Shown here: positions 15,736-29,572 of the stretch, piece after piece
Numbering within the stretch: the stretch's first letter is position 1
Layout: each line of letters opens with the position of its first letter
IMG/VR virus record: IMGVR_UViG_3300025652_000032
Location: 1-64,000 of that record
Source of the DNA: a virus
DNA length: 64,000 bases
Direction: 5' to 3' (one strand)
Translations under genes and position numbers: made by a program
Notes under the pieces: generated by a model
What the model was told of the DNA's origin: nothing
The model's input: only the letters and a program-made list of their open reading frames with translations
Databases searched by the model: none

Positions 15736-17124
15736 TCAGACGGATCGAGTGATTTCTCGGACGGGAGTATTCACTCGCTCGAAATGTCGTCGAGGGGATT
15801 TTACCACGGAACTAAATCCGTTTGCCGGGAAATCTCTGTTCTTTAATAACGCACCTCCGCCGGCCTTGTTATTCAATCTGAAGTCTCCGTTTGCCGCATC
15901 GACAAATGGATCCTCAGTACAAGTTGTTGGATTTAGAACAGTCATATCTCCCGATGTTTGTGCAGATGTCATGTTGTAGAACACAGGACTGTCAACTATG
16001 TTGTGACCACCCATATGAAAAGTTCCAGAGGACCAACTAGTTGGGTCTGAATAAGAACTCTGGAGAATTCCTGTTTGACAGGTGTGGAATATACAATCTT
16101 TCACCCAATACTTTCTCCCTTTATGGGCAGCCCACTTCAATTCGGTATTAATATTACCAGCAGACGATGGGGCATAAAATCTAAAACCTGTGTTCATATT
16201 GTAAAATATACACCGTTCGAAGAAATGTTGATATTGTCCAGGCATTGAGTTCGTTGTAAAGGCGCCTGTCGAGGAAGACCCACCACCATCCTGACCGGCG
16301 CGGGAATGAACTCCAACTTGATTACCATTTCCAATGAAAATGCAATCGTAAAATTCACCACCATCACCGTGAGCGACTCTTACTTTCAGGAATGCACTCC
16401 ATGCAGCATCGCCGGCGAAACGGAAAACGCAATTGTGGAATCTCCCTTCATTAGTGTTGAAAGGTCCCTCGCTGCCAGTATTTCTTGTGAATGTAGTAAA
16501 GTTTGTCTGGGACAACCGATCTTCAAATTCACAATTATAACATTGAGTCTTCGCCGAGATTGACATCACGAGGCCTGCGTTATGATTGGCAGTCGTTCCT
16601 ACGAAGTCATCTGTTGATATAATATGACAATTCGTCATGGTTCCACATTCTATAGCCAATGAAGAGGAAGTGTTGTTATTGGAGCCATATTTCCATCCTT
16701 CGACTACGAAGTTAGACAACATGGCGCCACTCGGGACTGTCATCTGTCCACCATTTGTAACCCTACCCAGAAGTTTCGGTCTATCGTTTCCATGCACCGT
16801 TTCGAGTGTGTTTCCGTTTGCATATCCAATAATATGAAACCCATATGTCTGACCTGCGTAGGTTCCGGTTTCATCGTGTCGGAGAGCATTCCGGGTGAAT
16901 GTCTTGTTACCACCGGAAACCTTATATGCTGCTTCAGTTGTTCCTTGGAAAGTTGCTCCCTGATGCACCCAAAGAACTTGACCAACAGTTGCTCCGTCTA
17001 GTCCGTCCTGAATGTCTTTAAATCCTGTAGCATGAGAGAGTCCATCTTCACTGCCACTGTCATTATCAACATTCACATAAAAATTTGTCGTGTCTGCTGC
17101 GGGTTCGTAAAATCCTCTAGTCAT
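15736..17124 (-). CDS. Parallel beta-helix (pectin-lyase-like) protein, probable adhesin/fibre component
   Basis: Repeating NC.F/DC.F beta-helix turns and C-terminal DPFVDAANGDFRL. Confidence 0.65.
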   Translation of the reverse strand: MTRGFYEPAADTTNFYVNVDNDSGSEDGLSHATGFKDIQDGLDGATVGQVLWVHQGATFQGTTEAAYKVSGGNKTFTRNALRHDETGTYAGQTYGFHIIGYANGNTLETVHGNDRPKLLGRVTNGGQMTVPSGAMLSNFVVEGWKYGSNNNTSSSLAIECGTMTNCHIISTDDFVGTTANHNAGLVMSISAKTQCYNCEFEDRLSQTNFTTFTRNTGSEGPFNTNEGRFHNCVFRFAGDAAWSAFLKVRVAHGDGGEFYDCIFIGNGNQVGVHSRAGQDGGGSSSTGAFTTNSMPGQYQHFFERCIFYNMNTGFRFYAPSSAGNINTELKWAAHKGRKYWVKDCIFHTCQTGILQSSYSDPTSWSSGTFHMGGHNIVDSPVFYNMTSAQTSGDMTVLNPTTCTEDPFVDAANGDFRLNNKAGGGALLKNRDFPANGFSSVVKSPRRHFERVNTPVREITRSV

Positions 17125-17125
17125 A

Positions 17126-20212
<3,087 letters not shown>

Positions 20213-20217
<5 letters not shown>

Positions 20218-20246
20218 AAAAAGACTCCTTTTTTATTATTTATGCC
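20213..20246 (-). promoter_or_regulatory. Late promoter CATAAATA in an 8-bp inverted repeat pairing with the start codon
   Basis: GGCATAAA (20246-20239) complements TTTATGCC (20220-20213), which contains ATG 20217. Confidence 0.55.
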
Positions 20247-20956
20247 GTGAGATACTTCCACGATTCGCGGAAAAGGGGTTGAATTACCCTACCAATCGTC
20301 GCCGCGTATTCTCGAATCTCCCATTGTGCGTGTTCATCGATGCGTTGCTTATAGAATCTTGCATACGCAGCAAGAGAACCCGTCCAGAACCATTCCGTGT
20401 ACATTCCCTGCGGGAGAGCGAATCGTGCTTGCTCTGGAGCGACTCCATTACGAAGTAGTTCATTGTATGTATACATTGCAAGACGCATCACATTATCAAA
20501 GTTCTTCTCTGCCTCAGGATGAACCGAAATGAAGTCATCACTGCCTTGTTTTGCTCCATCTGTTGGTTTCCCTCGCCATGATGGGTAGTAAAACTCTGGT
20601 TCGAACGAGACATAACGACGAGAGATCTCATTTTCAACAAATCCTTGCTTGTGCTTGAAGAACTGAGTTCGGATCGACACGGGTGCCTTGATCCTCAGCG
20701 TGATTTGAGGATGTGCAAACGGCGTCCAATGATTATGAGTTGCAAGGTAACGGATCAACTTCTTATCACCATCACACAGATCCCTTACGTCTTCGAGATG
20801 GTATTGGGATCCACTTTCGGCAAGTCGGGTGACTGCTGCTTCGTCTGTACACCAATCACTTTCTTTATTGAATGAAACTCTCGCTGCATTGCAAACGGTC
20901 AAATCACTTCCCATGTGATCGACGAGTTGAACATGTCCTCTATCTAAAACTCTCAT
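20240..20956 (-). CDS. thyX: Flavin-dependent thymidylate synthase
   Basis: CNAARVS, HWTPF, NEISRRY, PEQARFALP, HAQWEIR. Confidence 0.95.
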   Translation of the reverse strand: MRVLDRGHVQLVDHMGSDLTVCNAARVSFNKESDWCTDEAAVTRLAESGSQYHLEDVRDLCDGDKKLIRYLATHNHWTPFAHPQITLRIKAPVSIRTQFFKHKQGFVENEISRRYVSFEPEFYYPSWRGKPTDGAKQGSDDFISVHPEAEKNFDNVMRLAMYTYNELLRNGVAPEQARFALPQGMYTEWFWTGSLAAYARFYKQRIDEHAQWEIREYAATIGRVIQPLFRESWKYLTA

Positions 20957-20960
20957 GATA

Positions 20961-21905
20961 TCAATCCTTAATATTTTGAACAATTAGTACGATAATAACA
21001 GATGCTGCCAATCCAACCATTAACTTCAAGAAATCTTTCCCTACAATCGGGAACACTTTCTTGATACCATCTTTCTGACGGAAAGAGGCAATGGCAAGTT
21101 CTCTACCAGTAAGAAGTCCGACGAACACCCAAGTTGTTGACATAGGAATGTCGTTTACTTCCTTGAAGATGTATAGTATAACAAAGTAAAAGAGATCAAT
21201 CAAGGTTGCAGATCGAACATATTTCGTATTTTTCTTCTGTACTACGATCTCCTGAATCCTACCACCTCGGTGCTGAAGCATCCATGCAAGTCCACCAACG
21301 AACACGGCGGAGATTATAAACATCACTTCAACTGGAATCTGTCGTGGAAGATATACGGCGATGTTTGCCATATCATGACTCAACCATGTCCACCAAAGGA
21401 ATCCTGTGGTTATCCACTGAGCAATCATCCACTTTCGTTTATTCGATTCTTTGATACTCTTACCTTCATCGATCAGGCGAGTGAGCATCAACCAGATGAA
21501 ATATGCGGCAACACCTGCAACAGCATACCCAAGCATCGACTTCATCAGAACCTTCTGTAGCACCAGTGTTGATGCAAAGGCAGAAAGCACTAGGAATGAA
21601 GTAGAAACGGGAACACCGAAACGGGTCAATACAAGAAGCACTGCTGGGGCCAGTGCTTGATACCATTCTACTCCCTCAAACGGAATCTTGTTGAGTCTTC
21701 CGTAAGATATATCTCCGTCGTATGCCCACCAACCATACCAGATGGCAATAAGAAGCACAGATGAGGCGTATGCCCACATGATCTTCCAATTTACCTTTTT
21801 GTTACTCGCAATCCAAGTTCCGAGAGTCTGGATCGAATCATTTGCAATCACACTGTATGCGGCGAGGAGAAACCCTACCCACATCCATACTGAAATTTCA
21901 GACAT
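20961..21905 (-). CDS. PiT-family-like inorganic phosphate/anion permease
   Basis: Multi-TM protein with paired signature-like motifs IANDSIQ and SHDMAN, plus PVSTS and PMSTT. Confidence 0.7.
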   Translation of the reverse strand: MSEISVWMWVGFLLAAYSVIANDSIQTLGTWIASNKKVNWKIMWAYASSVLLIAIWYGWWAYDGDISYGRLNKIPFEGVEWYQALAPAVLLVLTRFGVPVSTSFLVLSAFASTLVLQKVLMKSMLGYAVAGVAAYFIWLMLTRLIDEGKSIKESNKRKWMIAQWITTGFLWWTWLSHDMANIAVYLPRQIPVEVMFIISAVFVGGLAWMLQHRGGRIQEIVVQKKNTKYVRSATLIDLFYFVILYIFKEVNDIPMSTTWVFVGLLTGRELAIASFRQKDGIKKVFPIVGKDFLKLMVGLAASVIIVLIVQNIKD

Positions 21906-21906
21906 T

Positions 21907-22971
21907 CTATACTCGTCTCCATTGATTTAGTTTGAGGGTTGCTCTCATACCAGTGAACGTGTTGTCGTTGATAACCTTCTCGATTGTTCGAGTTGATTTA
22001 TTGTATGCCATGTCATTGATATCCTTCTCCTTGATAGCAGAAGGCCAAATACAAATTTTCTTGCCGAGTTCGATCAGTCTTTCGTTATATCGAACTATCT
22101 GAATGTTTCTTGGTTCATTGTCTAATACATAAACACCATCACTGTGCTTGAGATGTGCTGGGATTTGATCAAGTGCGCCGGCACCAACCATTGCAATTGA
22201 GTTACGCAAGAATAGACTATCGAGAGGGCCCTCTACGATGTAAATTGTTTTCTTTGGATTGACTCTCCATTGTCCATACCACAGTCGATCAGAAGACTTG
22301 TCGCTCTTTACTGTGAGATACTTGACAGTTCGTCTTCGATTGGCATCATCTTTGAAATTGATGGAACGTCCTTGTGCTGCTACAACTTCCCCATCCTTGT
22401 TGAAGAACGGTATGACAAGTCTGGGTTCTACTCCCACTATATCATAACGATCTGGATCAATTCTTTTCATGAATGATCCGAAGTTATCTGTGTAATATAA
22501 CTTGTCCCAGTGTTCCTTTGGAATACCTCGCATGTTGACAAATTCAACACACTGATGATCTTTGGGCAATTCCTTGATACAAGGCACACCCTTCAGAATT
22601 TCTGGTCTGGGTTTTGGATTTGGTTTCGAAAACTTAAACATCTCTTTTTCCTTCGGTTTTATATAGTTAGACTTACTCGTCTCTCCATTCTTCCACCGCT
22701 CTAGAGAATACTCTTTCATTAAGTTAGGGGCAATCTGTTCAAGTAATCGATACAAAGAAAAACTTGCATCACAATTGTGACACTTGTAAAAGAAGTCGGT
22801 TCCCTTCTGAAAGAAGAACCCACGGGCCTTGTTCTTGTTTTTCTTTGAATCACCACAGATGGGACATCTGCAATTCGCCAGATTATCTCGCTTCCAAGCG
22901 AATTTTTCTAGTTGAGGTGACAGAAAATTAATAAACTTCTTATCAATATACGTTGACATCAAACATTCCAT
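21907..22971 (-). CDS. gp61: DNA primase (T4 gp61)
   Basis: Zn finger CPICGDS...CHNC; EGPLDS; DNEPRN; KDIND. Confidence 0.95.
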   Translation of the reverse strand: MECLMSTYIDKKFINFLSPQLEKFAWKRDNLANCRCPICGDSKKNKNKARGFFFQKGTDFFYKCHNCDASFSLYRLLEQIAPNLMKEYSLERWKNGETSKSNYIKPKEKEMFKFSKPNPKPRPEILKGVPCIKELPKDHQCVEFVNMRGIPKEHWDKLYYTDNFGSFMKRIDPDRYDIVGVEPRLVIPFFNKDGEVVAAQGRSINFKDDANRRRTVKYLTVKSDKSSDRLWYGQWRVNPKKTIYIVEGPLDSLFLRNSIAMVGAGALDQIPAHLKHSDGVYVLDNEPRNIQIVRYNERLIELGKKICIWPSAIKEKDINDMAYNKSTRTIEKVINDNTFTGMRATLKLNQWRRV

Positions 22972-24365
22972 CCAGCAAATTTCTGCTTGAACGAGTCCTC
23001 ACCAAATCCATTACCATACTCTGTATCTTCTGTTAGATTAGTATCTACCAATCCAGTTTGCTCATTCGGATCCACATCAAACAGTTTCATCTTCGCACGG
23101 TTAATGCCGACCACAAATTTCTTGTTGGTAACAACATCATTATACCTGTTCTTCAACTGCTTGATCATCATCTGATTTGCTTCTTCTAGTTCTTCAGTGG
23201 AAATCAAAGCAAACATCAAATCTGCCGTTGCTGGCAATCCGAATGACTCGGACGTATCTTCAAGTCCAACATCACTGTTGTTGAATCCAGATCGGTTTGT
23301 TTGTGTTGCTGAGAAAACTGGAACATTCCTTTCAACTGCAAGACCGCGAAGTTCTTCTGCGATGGCCTTGATATATGTGTAGGAGTTTACATTTGCATTT
23401 TGCTTCATTCGTGACGAAGCACAGATATTTAGGTAATCGATGAAGATAATATCAGGAATAAACTTCTTTTTTAGTTTCAGTTCATCGAGCAATGCCCTGA
23501 AGTGATTTGCATGTGCTGTGGCAGTAGGGTATTCCTTGACGATCAGTTTACCCGTACAACCCTGAGTTGCAGTTTCCAACTTCTTGTCGTAGATTTGCTT
23601 TGGTAGTGACTTCATGTCATCCATAGTGATGTCCATGAGGTTGGCATCGATACGTTCTGCAATCCGTTCTTCTGCCATCTCGCATGTGATATACAGTACG
23701 TTGTTGTTTTGTGAAAGACACGCTGCTGCATGATGACACATAAACAAAGACTTACCCACACCAGTACCGGCAAGAATCATGTTCAGTGTCTTGTTTGGTG
23801 TTCCGCCTTGTGTGATAGTGTTGAACATCTCAAGATCAAATGGGATTTTAGATTCCGTCTTGTGGTAGAATTCATAGCGTTCGTCGGCATCTTCGATGTA
23901 ATCATGTCCGATGTGAGTATCAAAGGAAACCGAGAGGGCCTCTGATAGGATTTCTGGTATGGCGTTTTCTGTTTGTGTTTCGTTCTTACCATCGATGATG
24001 TGGATCGACTCCATAATGGCATTGTAAACTGCTTTGTCTTTACAGAACTTTTCACTCTTCTCGTACAACCATTCATCATCCTGTTCAGTGAACGAATCAC
24101 ACAGATCATTCAACACTTCAACACATGAATTGAATTGATCTTGTGTTAGGTTCTTTTGGTTATCCAAAGAGATGACAATCGCCTCTTTTGTGGGACGATT
24201 GCCATACTCTAGGATAAAATCTTGAACAGACTTGAACAGAGTCTTTTCTACGATGTCGTGAAAATACTCGCCGTGCAAAAACGGCACGGTCTTCCGTGAA
24301 TACTCCTCATTCAGAATTAGGTTCTGAAGGATTAGTTTCTCTACGGTATTGTTCTCTTGATTCAT
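22959..24365 (-). CDS. gp41: Replicative helicase (T4 gp41)
   Basis: AGTGVGKS, CEMAEE, IDYLNI, SATQTNR, ESFGLPATAD, QLKNRY. Confidence 0.95.
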   Translation of the reverse strand: MNQENNTVEKLILQNLILNEEYSRKTVPFLHGEYFHDIVEKTLFKSVQDFILEYGNRPTKEAIVISLDNQKNLTQDQFNSCVEVLNDLCDSFTEQDDEWLYEKSEKFCKDKAVYNAIMESIHIIDGKNETQTENAIPEILSEALSVSFDTHIGHDYIEDADERYEFYHKTESKIPFDLEMFNTITQGGTPNKTLNMILAGTGVGKSLFMCHHAAACLSQNNNVLYITCEMAEERIAERIDANLMDITMDDMKSLPKQIYDKKLETATQGCTGKLIVKEYPTATAHANHFRALLDELKLKKKFIPDIIFIDYLNICASSRMKQNANVNSYTYIKAIAEELRGLAVERNVPVFSATQTNRSGFNNSDVGLEDTSESFGLPATADLMFALISTEELEEANQMMIKQLKNRYNDVVTNKKFVVGINRAKMKLFDVDPNEQTGLVDTNLTEDTEYGNGFGEDSFKQKFAGWNV

Positions 24366-24747
24366 TGGAAGAGTCTCTCATTTCCTCAATTTCGGATTTC
24401 ATCTTGGCGACAGTTGACTGCATTTTCTCGTCGAACTGTTCTTCCTTATATTCTACCACATCTTTAGGGTTTTGCAACTCTTCTTCCATGATTTCGCACA
24501 AAACATCTCCCATATAATCAATGAGGTCGCCGTTGTCCTCGGTCTTTACTTCATGTGGATTCTCAAGAATCTCAAACTGAAAATTCATGATCATCTGTCC
24601 CTCGTTCTCTTTGAACTGTACCAGTCCGTATCGATATACAAGGTCCTTATAATCCCCATCAGTTACCTTGAGGGCGCCTTCGAGTAGTTCGTCTTCTGAC
24701 TTGTACTCGATAAATTCGTATGTATCACTGAATGCTATCTTCGACAT
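24307..24747 (-). CDS. Hypothetical protein at the gp40 position
   Basis: Between uvsX and gp41; ATG 24747 overlaps uvsX end; assignment by synteny only. Confidence 0.6.
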   Translation of the reverse strand: MSKIAFSDTYEFIEYKSEDELLEGALKVTDGDYKDLVYRYGLVQFKENEGQMIMNFQFEILENPHEVKTEDNGDLIDYMGDVLCEIMEEELQNPKDVVEYKEEQFDEKMQSTVAKMKSEIEEMRDSSNESREQYRRETNPSEPNSE

Positions 24748-25789
24748 TTTCTTCTTCCTTTTCTTGAATTTCTTCTTCGATGCCGTATTTGAATTCCTTT
24801 GCAACGGCAACTTCCATTTGCTTCATTACCTCCGGTGTGAAATACTTCTCGGGGGTTTTGTATAGAACCTTCTCGAAAACCTTACTTCCGTCTGGCATTT
24901 CCAATCGAGTAGAAACCTTCTTGAAGATCTCGTACTTAATGGCAATCTCGACAAGTCCATAGTATGGATTCAATCCCTCATCATAGTTGAGCATGACATC
25001 AATCATCGAGTTCTCTTTGGTCATTCGTCCCTTGAAGAGTTTACAGTGAATGATATTTCCGATGATATCGGTTCCTTCTTTCACCTTCTTCTTTGTGAGA
25101 TATATGATAGTCGAAGCAGCATACTTTAGTCCAGAACCACCACCCATAGTCTTCATCGGGAACATAGAACCAACGACATCATAAGTATGATTTGTCATGA
25201 TCAGAGGAATTCCTGCCTTGCCCAACTTGAGTGTAAGGACTCGGAAGGTTGCTTTGATTACTTGGGCCCGAGTCATATCTTTCGTACCCTTTCCTTCTGC
25301 TGTGTCTTCCATCTCTTTGGCAGTCGAAAGCATACCAAGCGAGTCAAGACAGATAAGCATTGGTTTCTTATCCTTCTTTGCAAGTTCAAGGTAATTGTCT
25401 ACAACCGTAATTGCTTGGTGACGGAAGTCCTCTACAGTGGCAACAGGGAAAACTGCAACGCGATCCGGATCGCATCCACGATCCTTGAACATGTCAGAAG
25501 TTACTGCCTGCTCGCTGTCAAAATACAGAACAACACCATCAGGGTTATCACGGAGAAATTTATGTACAATGCCAATCGTAAAGTACGTCTTACCAGTTGC
25601 ACTTTCGCCAGCGATCGCAAGAATTTTATTATCAGGTATACCCCCGTACAAACTGCCAGAAAGCAGAGCATTAAAAGCATAAGACCCAGTATCAACGAAC
25701 CCATCTACATCTGCTCCTTCTAAACCATCTGCAACAACACTTGCATACTTGTTACCTGTCTTGCCAATCATTTCATTAAGAAAACTCAT
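24725..25789 (-). CDS. uvsX: RecA-like recombinase
   Basis: DTGSYAFNAL, AGESATGKT, FDSEQA, DSLGML, GGGSGLKYAAS. Confidence 0.95.
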   Translation of the reverse strand: MSFLNEMIGKTGNKYASVVADGLEGADVDGFVDTGSYAFNALLSGSLYGGIPDNKILAIAGESATGKTYFTIGIVHKFLRDNPDGVVLYFDSEQAVTSDMFKDRGCDPDRVAVFPVATVEDFRHQAITVVDNYLELAKKDKKPMLICLDSLGMLSTAKEMEDTAEGKGTKDMTRAQVIKATFRVLTLKLGKAGIPLIMTNHTYDVVGSMFPMKTMGGGSGLKYAASTIIYLTKKKVKEGTDIIGNIIHCKLFKGRMTKENSMIDVMLNYDEGLNPYYGLVEIAIKYEIFKKVSTRLEMPDGSKVFEKVLYKTPEKYFTPEVMKQMEVAVAKEFKYGIEEEIQEKEEENVEDSIQ

Positions 25790-25985
25790 TGTGTAATCTC
25801 CCAATATCTTCTTGTGCTTCACGCAATTTTTCACGCCGTTTCATTTTATCTTCCAATACGTCCTTCGGACAACTCTTGTCTTTCATGAGGAATTTTATAC
25901 TCCTCCCAAGATCATCTATTCTATCAGAAATTAAATTATGTGCAACCTTCAATGTTGCATGTTCAAGTTCCACTTTCAACTTCAT
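25776..25985 (-). CDS. Small hypothetical coiled-coil protein (69 aa)
   Basis: MKLKVELEH...; fills the GS-uvsX gap with short overlaps. Confidence 0.5.
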   Translation of the reverse strand: MKLKVELEHATLKVAHNLISDRIDDLGRSIKFLMKDKSCPKDVLEDKMKRREKLREAQEDIGRLHNEFS

Positions 25986-27051
25986 GCTCAACCTCTGCCT
26001 CATCGCCGCCGCGGATCGCGGCCACTGGTACTTGTTGCAATACACCAATGATAGATGTAAACGCCTGATATGGATCCATGTTTGCCGCGGGTCTTCGATC
26101 TTCGAGATGTCCGCGTTCTTCGTTTGCAGTATCCACAGGAATTCGAATAGACTTGGTTCTATCCGAAACACCATACGAGAAGTCCTCGATATGTGCAGTC
26201 TCATGCTTTCCTGTCAGTCGAAGATTATTGTCTTCACCATACACACGAATCAGTTCAGGATGATTACCGAACTCATCACAAACACTTTCCAGATATTCTA
26301 TACTGGATGACCTTGCCATACGCATGGATGGAGTCGAGAAGTTGATGTGTGCGCCCGAACCGTTCCAGTTACCGGTCTTTGGTTTGGGGTGGAGACTAAT
26401 GGAATACTTATATCTTTCACTAATCAGTTCTGCCATATACCTTGCCATCCAAAGTTGATCAGCAACGGTTAGTGCGTCCATGTATCCAACCTGATACTCC
26501 CACTGTCCGAGCATGACTTCGGCGTTTGCACCTTCGATCGGAACTCCCATTGTCTTACAGACTGCATAGTGTTCGTTGACAAAGTTTCGGCCGACAGTCC
26601 GCATTCCACCGACACCACAGTAGTACGGACCTTGTGGTCCGGGTGTACCCTGTTCCCACCCAAGAATAGTACCGCTTTCGGTGTTGTAGATAACATACTC
26701 CTGTTCGACTCCGAACCAGTAATCTCTGGTTTCTGGATTATCTTTGAGAGTCATGCGAAGAGGCGCACGGTAGTTTGTTTCGTGTGGTGTCTTTCCGTCT
26801 GAGTTGAATACTTCACAGAACACAACAAAGGTTTCCCACGGTGTTTTCGAGAGACTATACGGTCGAAGGATCAAATCACTTTTGTGTGGATCTGCCTGAT
26901 TACAACTCGATCCATCAAACGACCATTCAGGAATCATTTGGAGATTCATACTCTCCTGATCATCTTCTACTTCAATCAACTTAGTCTTACTACGAAGTTG
27001 TGGTGTGATGTTTCCATCCAACCACACATAATTTACTTCAATCCATTTCAT
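25963..27051 (-). CDS. glnII: Glutamine synthetase type II
   Basis: YVWLDG, FDGSS, GVEQEY, GPYYCGVG, NAEVM.GQWEYQ, HPKP, WNGSGAH, LEDRRP; AGGAG RBS before ATG 27051. Confidence 0.95.
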   Translation of the reverse strand: MKWIEVNYVWLDGNITPQLRSKTKLIEVEDDQESMNLQMIPEWSFDGSSCNQADPHKSDLILRPYSLSKTPWETFVVFCEVFNSDGKTPHETNYRAPLRMTLKDNPETRDYWFGVEQEYVIYNTESGTILGWEQGTPGPQGPYYCGVGGMRTVGRNFVNEHYAVCKTMGVPIEGANAEVMLGQWEYQVGYMDALTVADQLWMARYMAELISERYKYSISLHPKPKTGNWNGSGAHINFSTPSMRMARSSSIEYLESVCDEFGNHPELIRVYGEDNNLRLTGKHETAHIEDFSYGVSDRTKSIRIPVDTANEERGHLEDRRPAANMDPYQAFTSIIGVLQQVPVAAIRGGDEAEVEHEVESGT

Positions 27052-27061
27052 TCTGTATCTC

Positions 27062-29572
27062 CTATGCAAAAAAGGATTCTAGTGTGTTAACTTTTTCTGT
27101 GTTCCATCCAACCACGTTGAGAATGTTTTTCAGTGGATCGAGGAAACTTTTATCAAACTGTAGATCATAGTTTACAAACCTGTGTATGTCAAGTTCTTTT
27201 GGTAGACTGTTCGGGAAGGCGATAACCTGATCGTTCGTTGGGTTTGGAACCTTGAGATAAGTGAACTTGATCTTATCTCCCTCGACGATTGATCTGTATT
27301 TTCTAGACAACCCGCTGTTCTTGATCATCCTATTATATATCAGAGATCCCTTGACTGCGATTGGTGTACCCTTTGCGTAAACAGTGTTACTGTCTTGATA
27401 CTTCTCCATGCCAGACACGGAACGCGGGAACGAGATCTCCTCGGGATCGAGTTGATTGAATTCATCCCGGAACTCCTCGATGAACTGAATGATAGTGTCC
27501 TCGTCCGTGGACATGATCAACCCGATCACCTCCTTGAGTTTTTTACGGACGATCGCAGGAGTTGAACTCCGACTCGTCTCGATACCCATGATCTTGAGTT
27601 TCGGTTCGGCGTACCGAACACCTTCGGAGTCGAACACATTGAGCATGTACCGTTTCTTGGCAGTCCAGATACCCTTGTTCGCAATGACTTCTCTACCCAT
27701 CACCATCTTGTTGGTGTATGCATTCATCAGACGAGAGAGTCGATTGTACTCCTTCTCGATGAATGGTTCGATGATCTTCTCACACGAATCATCAAGGAAA
27801 TCTACGATGGATGTATCGTCCTTCTTCTTGCAAACCTTGTCTACCAGATCACCAAGACCAATGTACACACTGTCTGTGTCACTTGCGATAATGTAGTCTT
27901 TGTCATCGGAGTCGAGAGCATTGTTCAGGAACTTGTTTAGTGAATCCTGAATCCAGCGAATACTCAACTGCCCGGACAAGGTGATTGCTTCTGCCATATC
28001 GACATCGAAGTAGCGGAAGTATTGATTACCAATCGCACCATAAGCAGAGTTCAATTGAATCTTACGAACCAACTGGAAGTTGTTGAACTTTGCAATCTGG
28101 TAGTCTAGTTCCCGATTGTCGGGATCTTTCTCCTTCTGCTTCTGACATTCAATCATCTTCTTCTTGTACATGCTACGTTCTTCGTACATCTTCTCCATCA
28201 ACGCAGGGAGGAACCCCTGAACGTCTCGACGGTAGCACGTTCCGTTGGCAGCGATCGAGTAGTCTTTGCTCTTGTGGTTGAGCAAGGCCTTCTTCGGACG
28301 ATCACTTCCCTCAAGGATACCATTAGGCGTAATCATGTAATCTTTGTCCTGTTCGATCTTCGTCTCAGGACTGATGTTGTATTGCATGATCAAGTGGGGA
28401 TACAGACTGTTCAAGTCGAAAGACACAACCCAGTCGTGTTGTCCTACGATTGGATCCTTAACATACGCACCAGCGAATTGTTCATCCTTCTTGGAACCAG
28501 ACTTCATTGGAATCACAATGTTCTGTTCCGACAGATAATGATAGATGATCTGATCCCACGTTCGAACTTGGGAGAACACATCCTCGAAGTTTACCTTGGC
28601 GGAATACGCAAGTGCCAATGAGAGTTCGATGAGTTTGAGTTTCTCCTCCAATCGAACGATCAGTTCCACATCTTTGACATTGTACTCGACAAACTTCTGG
28701 AAGTCCTTCTTGTAGAACTCCGCCATACTGTCGAACTCGTCGTAGGATAGTTTCGCATCACCCAGTTCGACGTTGGCAATGTGATCCAGTCGATACGACT
28801 CTTGGTTGATATAGGTGAAGTTTCTGTAGAGATCAAGATAGTCAAGAACAGAAACACCCATGATCTGGAAAGTCTCATGCTCTCGATTCATTCGTTGGAT
28901 CGTCTTTGATCGGATCTTCTTCCACGGGGAAAGAAGGTTCACTTCCCGCTCACCCAACACGCGAATCATTCGGTTGACAAGGTATGGGATATCAAAGAAC
29001 TTAATGTTCCATCCGGTCACGATGTCTGGATGATCCTCATTCCACAATTCCAAGAATGTGCGGAGTAAATCCTCTTCGTTGTCGAATGAGTATTGCTCGT
29101 ACTCTTCCGGCAGATCGAACTCACCAAGACCGAAAACGAAATACTTACCATCAAGGCAGTATGTGATCGTGATCACTTCTTCGTTGGGATCAGATATCTG
29201 CGGGAATCCACCTTCACATGTCGTCTCGATGTCGATGGTGGCAATCTTGATCTTGTCGATGTCATAATCGACTTCTTTGGGAAAGATGTCACCAATGAAC
29301 TGATACACATAGTCAGTGTTGCCGTAGACTTGGAACCCTTGGACTCCATCATACTTACGAACAAACTCCCGACAGTCTGAAACTTGTCCGGGTTTGATCG
29401 GTTCGACAAACTTACCGTCCAACGTGCGATACTTAGTTTTCTCGTTTGATGGAAGGAAGAGTGTCGGGTTGTATTTTTCTCGAATCTGGGTGGGTTGTCC
29501 GTCTTTGATTCCTCGGTAGAGGATGTAGTCGCCAATCATTGACACGTTAGTGTAGAAGAAATCACTCGGCAT
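27062..29572 (-). CDS. gp43: Family B DNA polymerase (T4 gp43)
   Basis: DIET, GWN..FFD, DLNSLYP, NSAYG, DTDS, KKRY. Confidence 0.97.
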   Translation of the reverse strand: MPSDFFYTNVSMIGDYILYRGIKDGQPTQIREKYNPTLFLPSNEKTKYRTLDGKFVEPIKPGQVSDCREFVRKYDGVQGFQVYGNTDYVYQFIGDIFPKEVDYDIDKIKIATIDIETTCEGGFPQISDPNEEVITITYCLDGKYFVFGLGEFDLPEEYEQYSFDNEEDLLRTFLELWNEDHPDIVTGWNIKFFDIPYLVNRMIRVLGEREVNLLSPWKKIRSKTIQRMNREHETFQIMGVSVLDYLDLYRNFTYINQESYRLDHIANVELGDAKLSYDEFDSMAEFYKKDFQKFVEYNVKDVELIVRLEEKLKLIELSLALAYSAKVNFEDVFSQVRTWDQIIYHYLSEQNIVIPMKSGSKKDEQFAGAYVKDPIVGQHDWVVSFDLNSLYPHLIMQYNISPETKIEQDKDYMITPNGILEGSDRPKKALLNHKSKDYSIAANGTCYRRDVQGFLPALMEKMYEERSMYKKKMIECQKQKEKDPDNRELDYQIAKFNNFQLVRKIQLNSAYGAIGNQYFRYFDVDMAEAITLSGQLSIRWIQDSLNKFLNNALDSDDKDYIIASDTDSVYIGLGDLVDKVCKKKDDTSIVDFLDDSCEKIIEPFIEKEYNRLSRLMNAYTNKMVMGREVIANKGIWTAKKRYMLNVFDSEGVRYAEPKLKIMGIETSRSSTPAIVRKKLKEVIGLIMSTDEDTIIQFIEEFRDEFNQLDPEEISFPRSVSGMEKYQDSNTVYAKGTPIAVKGSLIYNRMIKNSGLSRKYRSIVEGDKIKFTYLKVPNPTNDQVIAFPNSLPKELDIHRFVNYDLQFDKSFLDPLKNILNVVGWNTEKVNTLESFFA

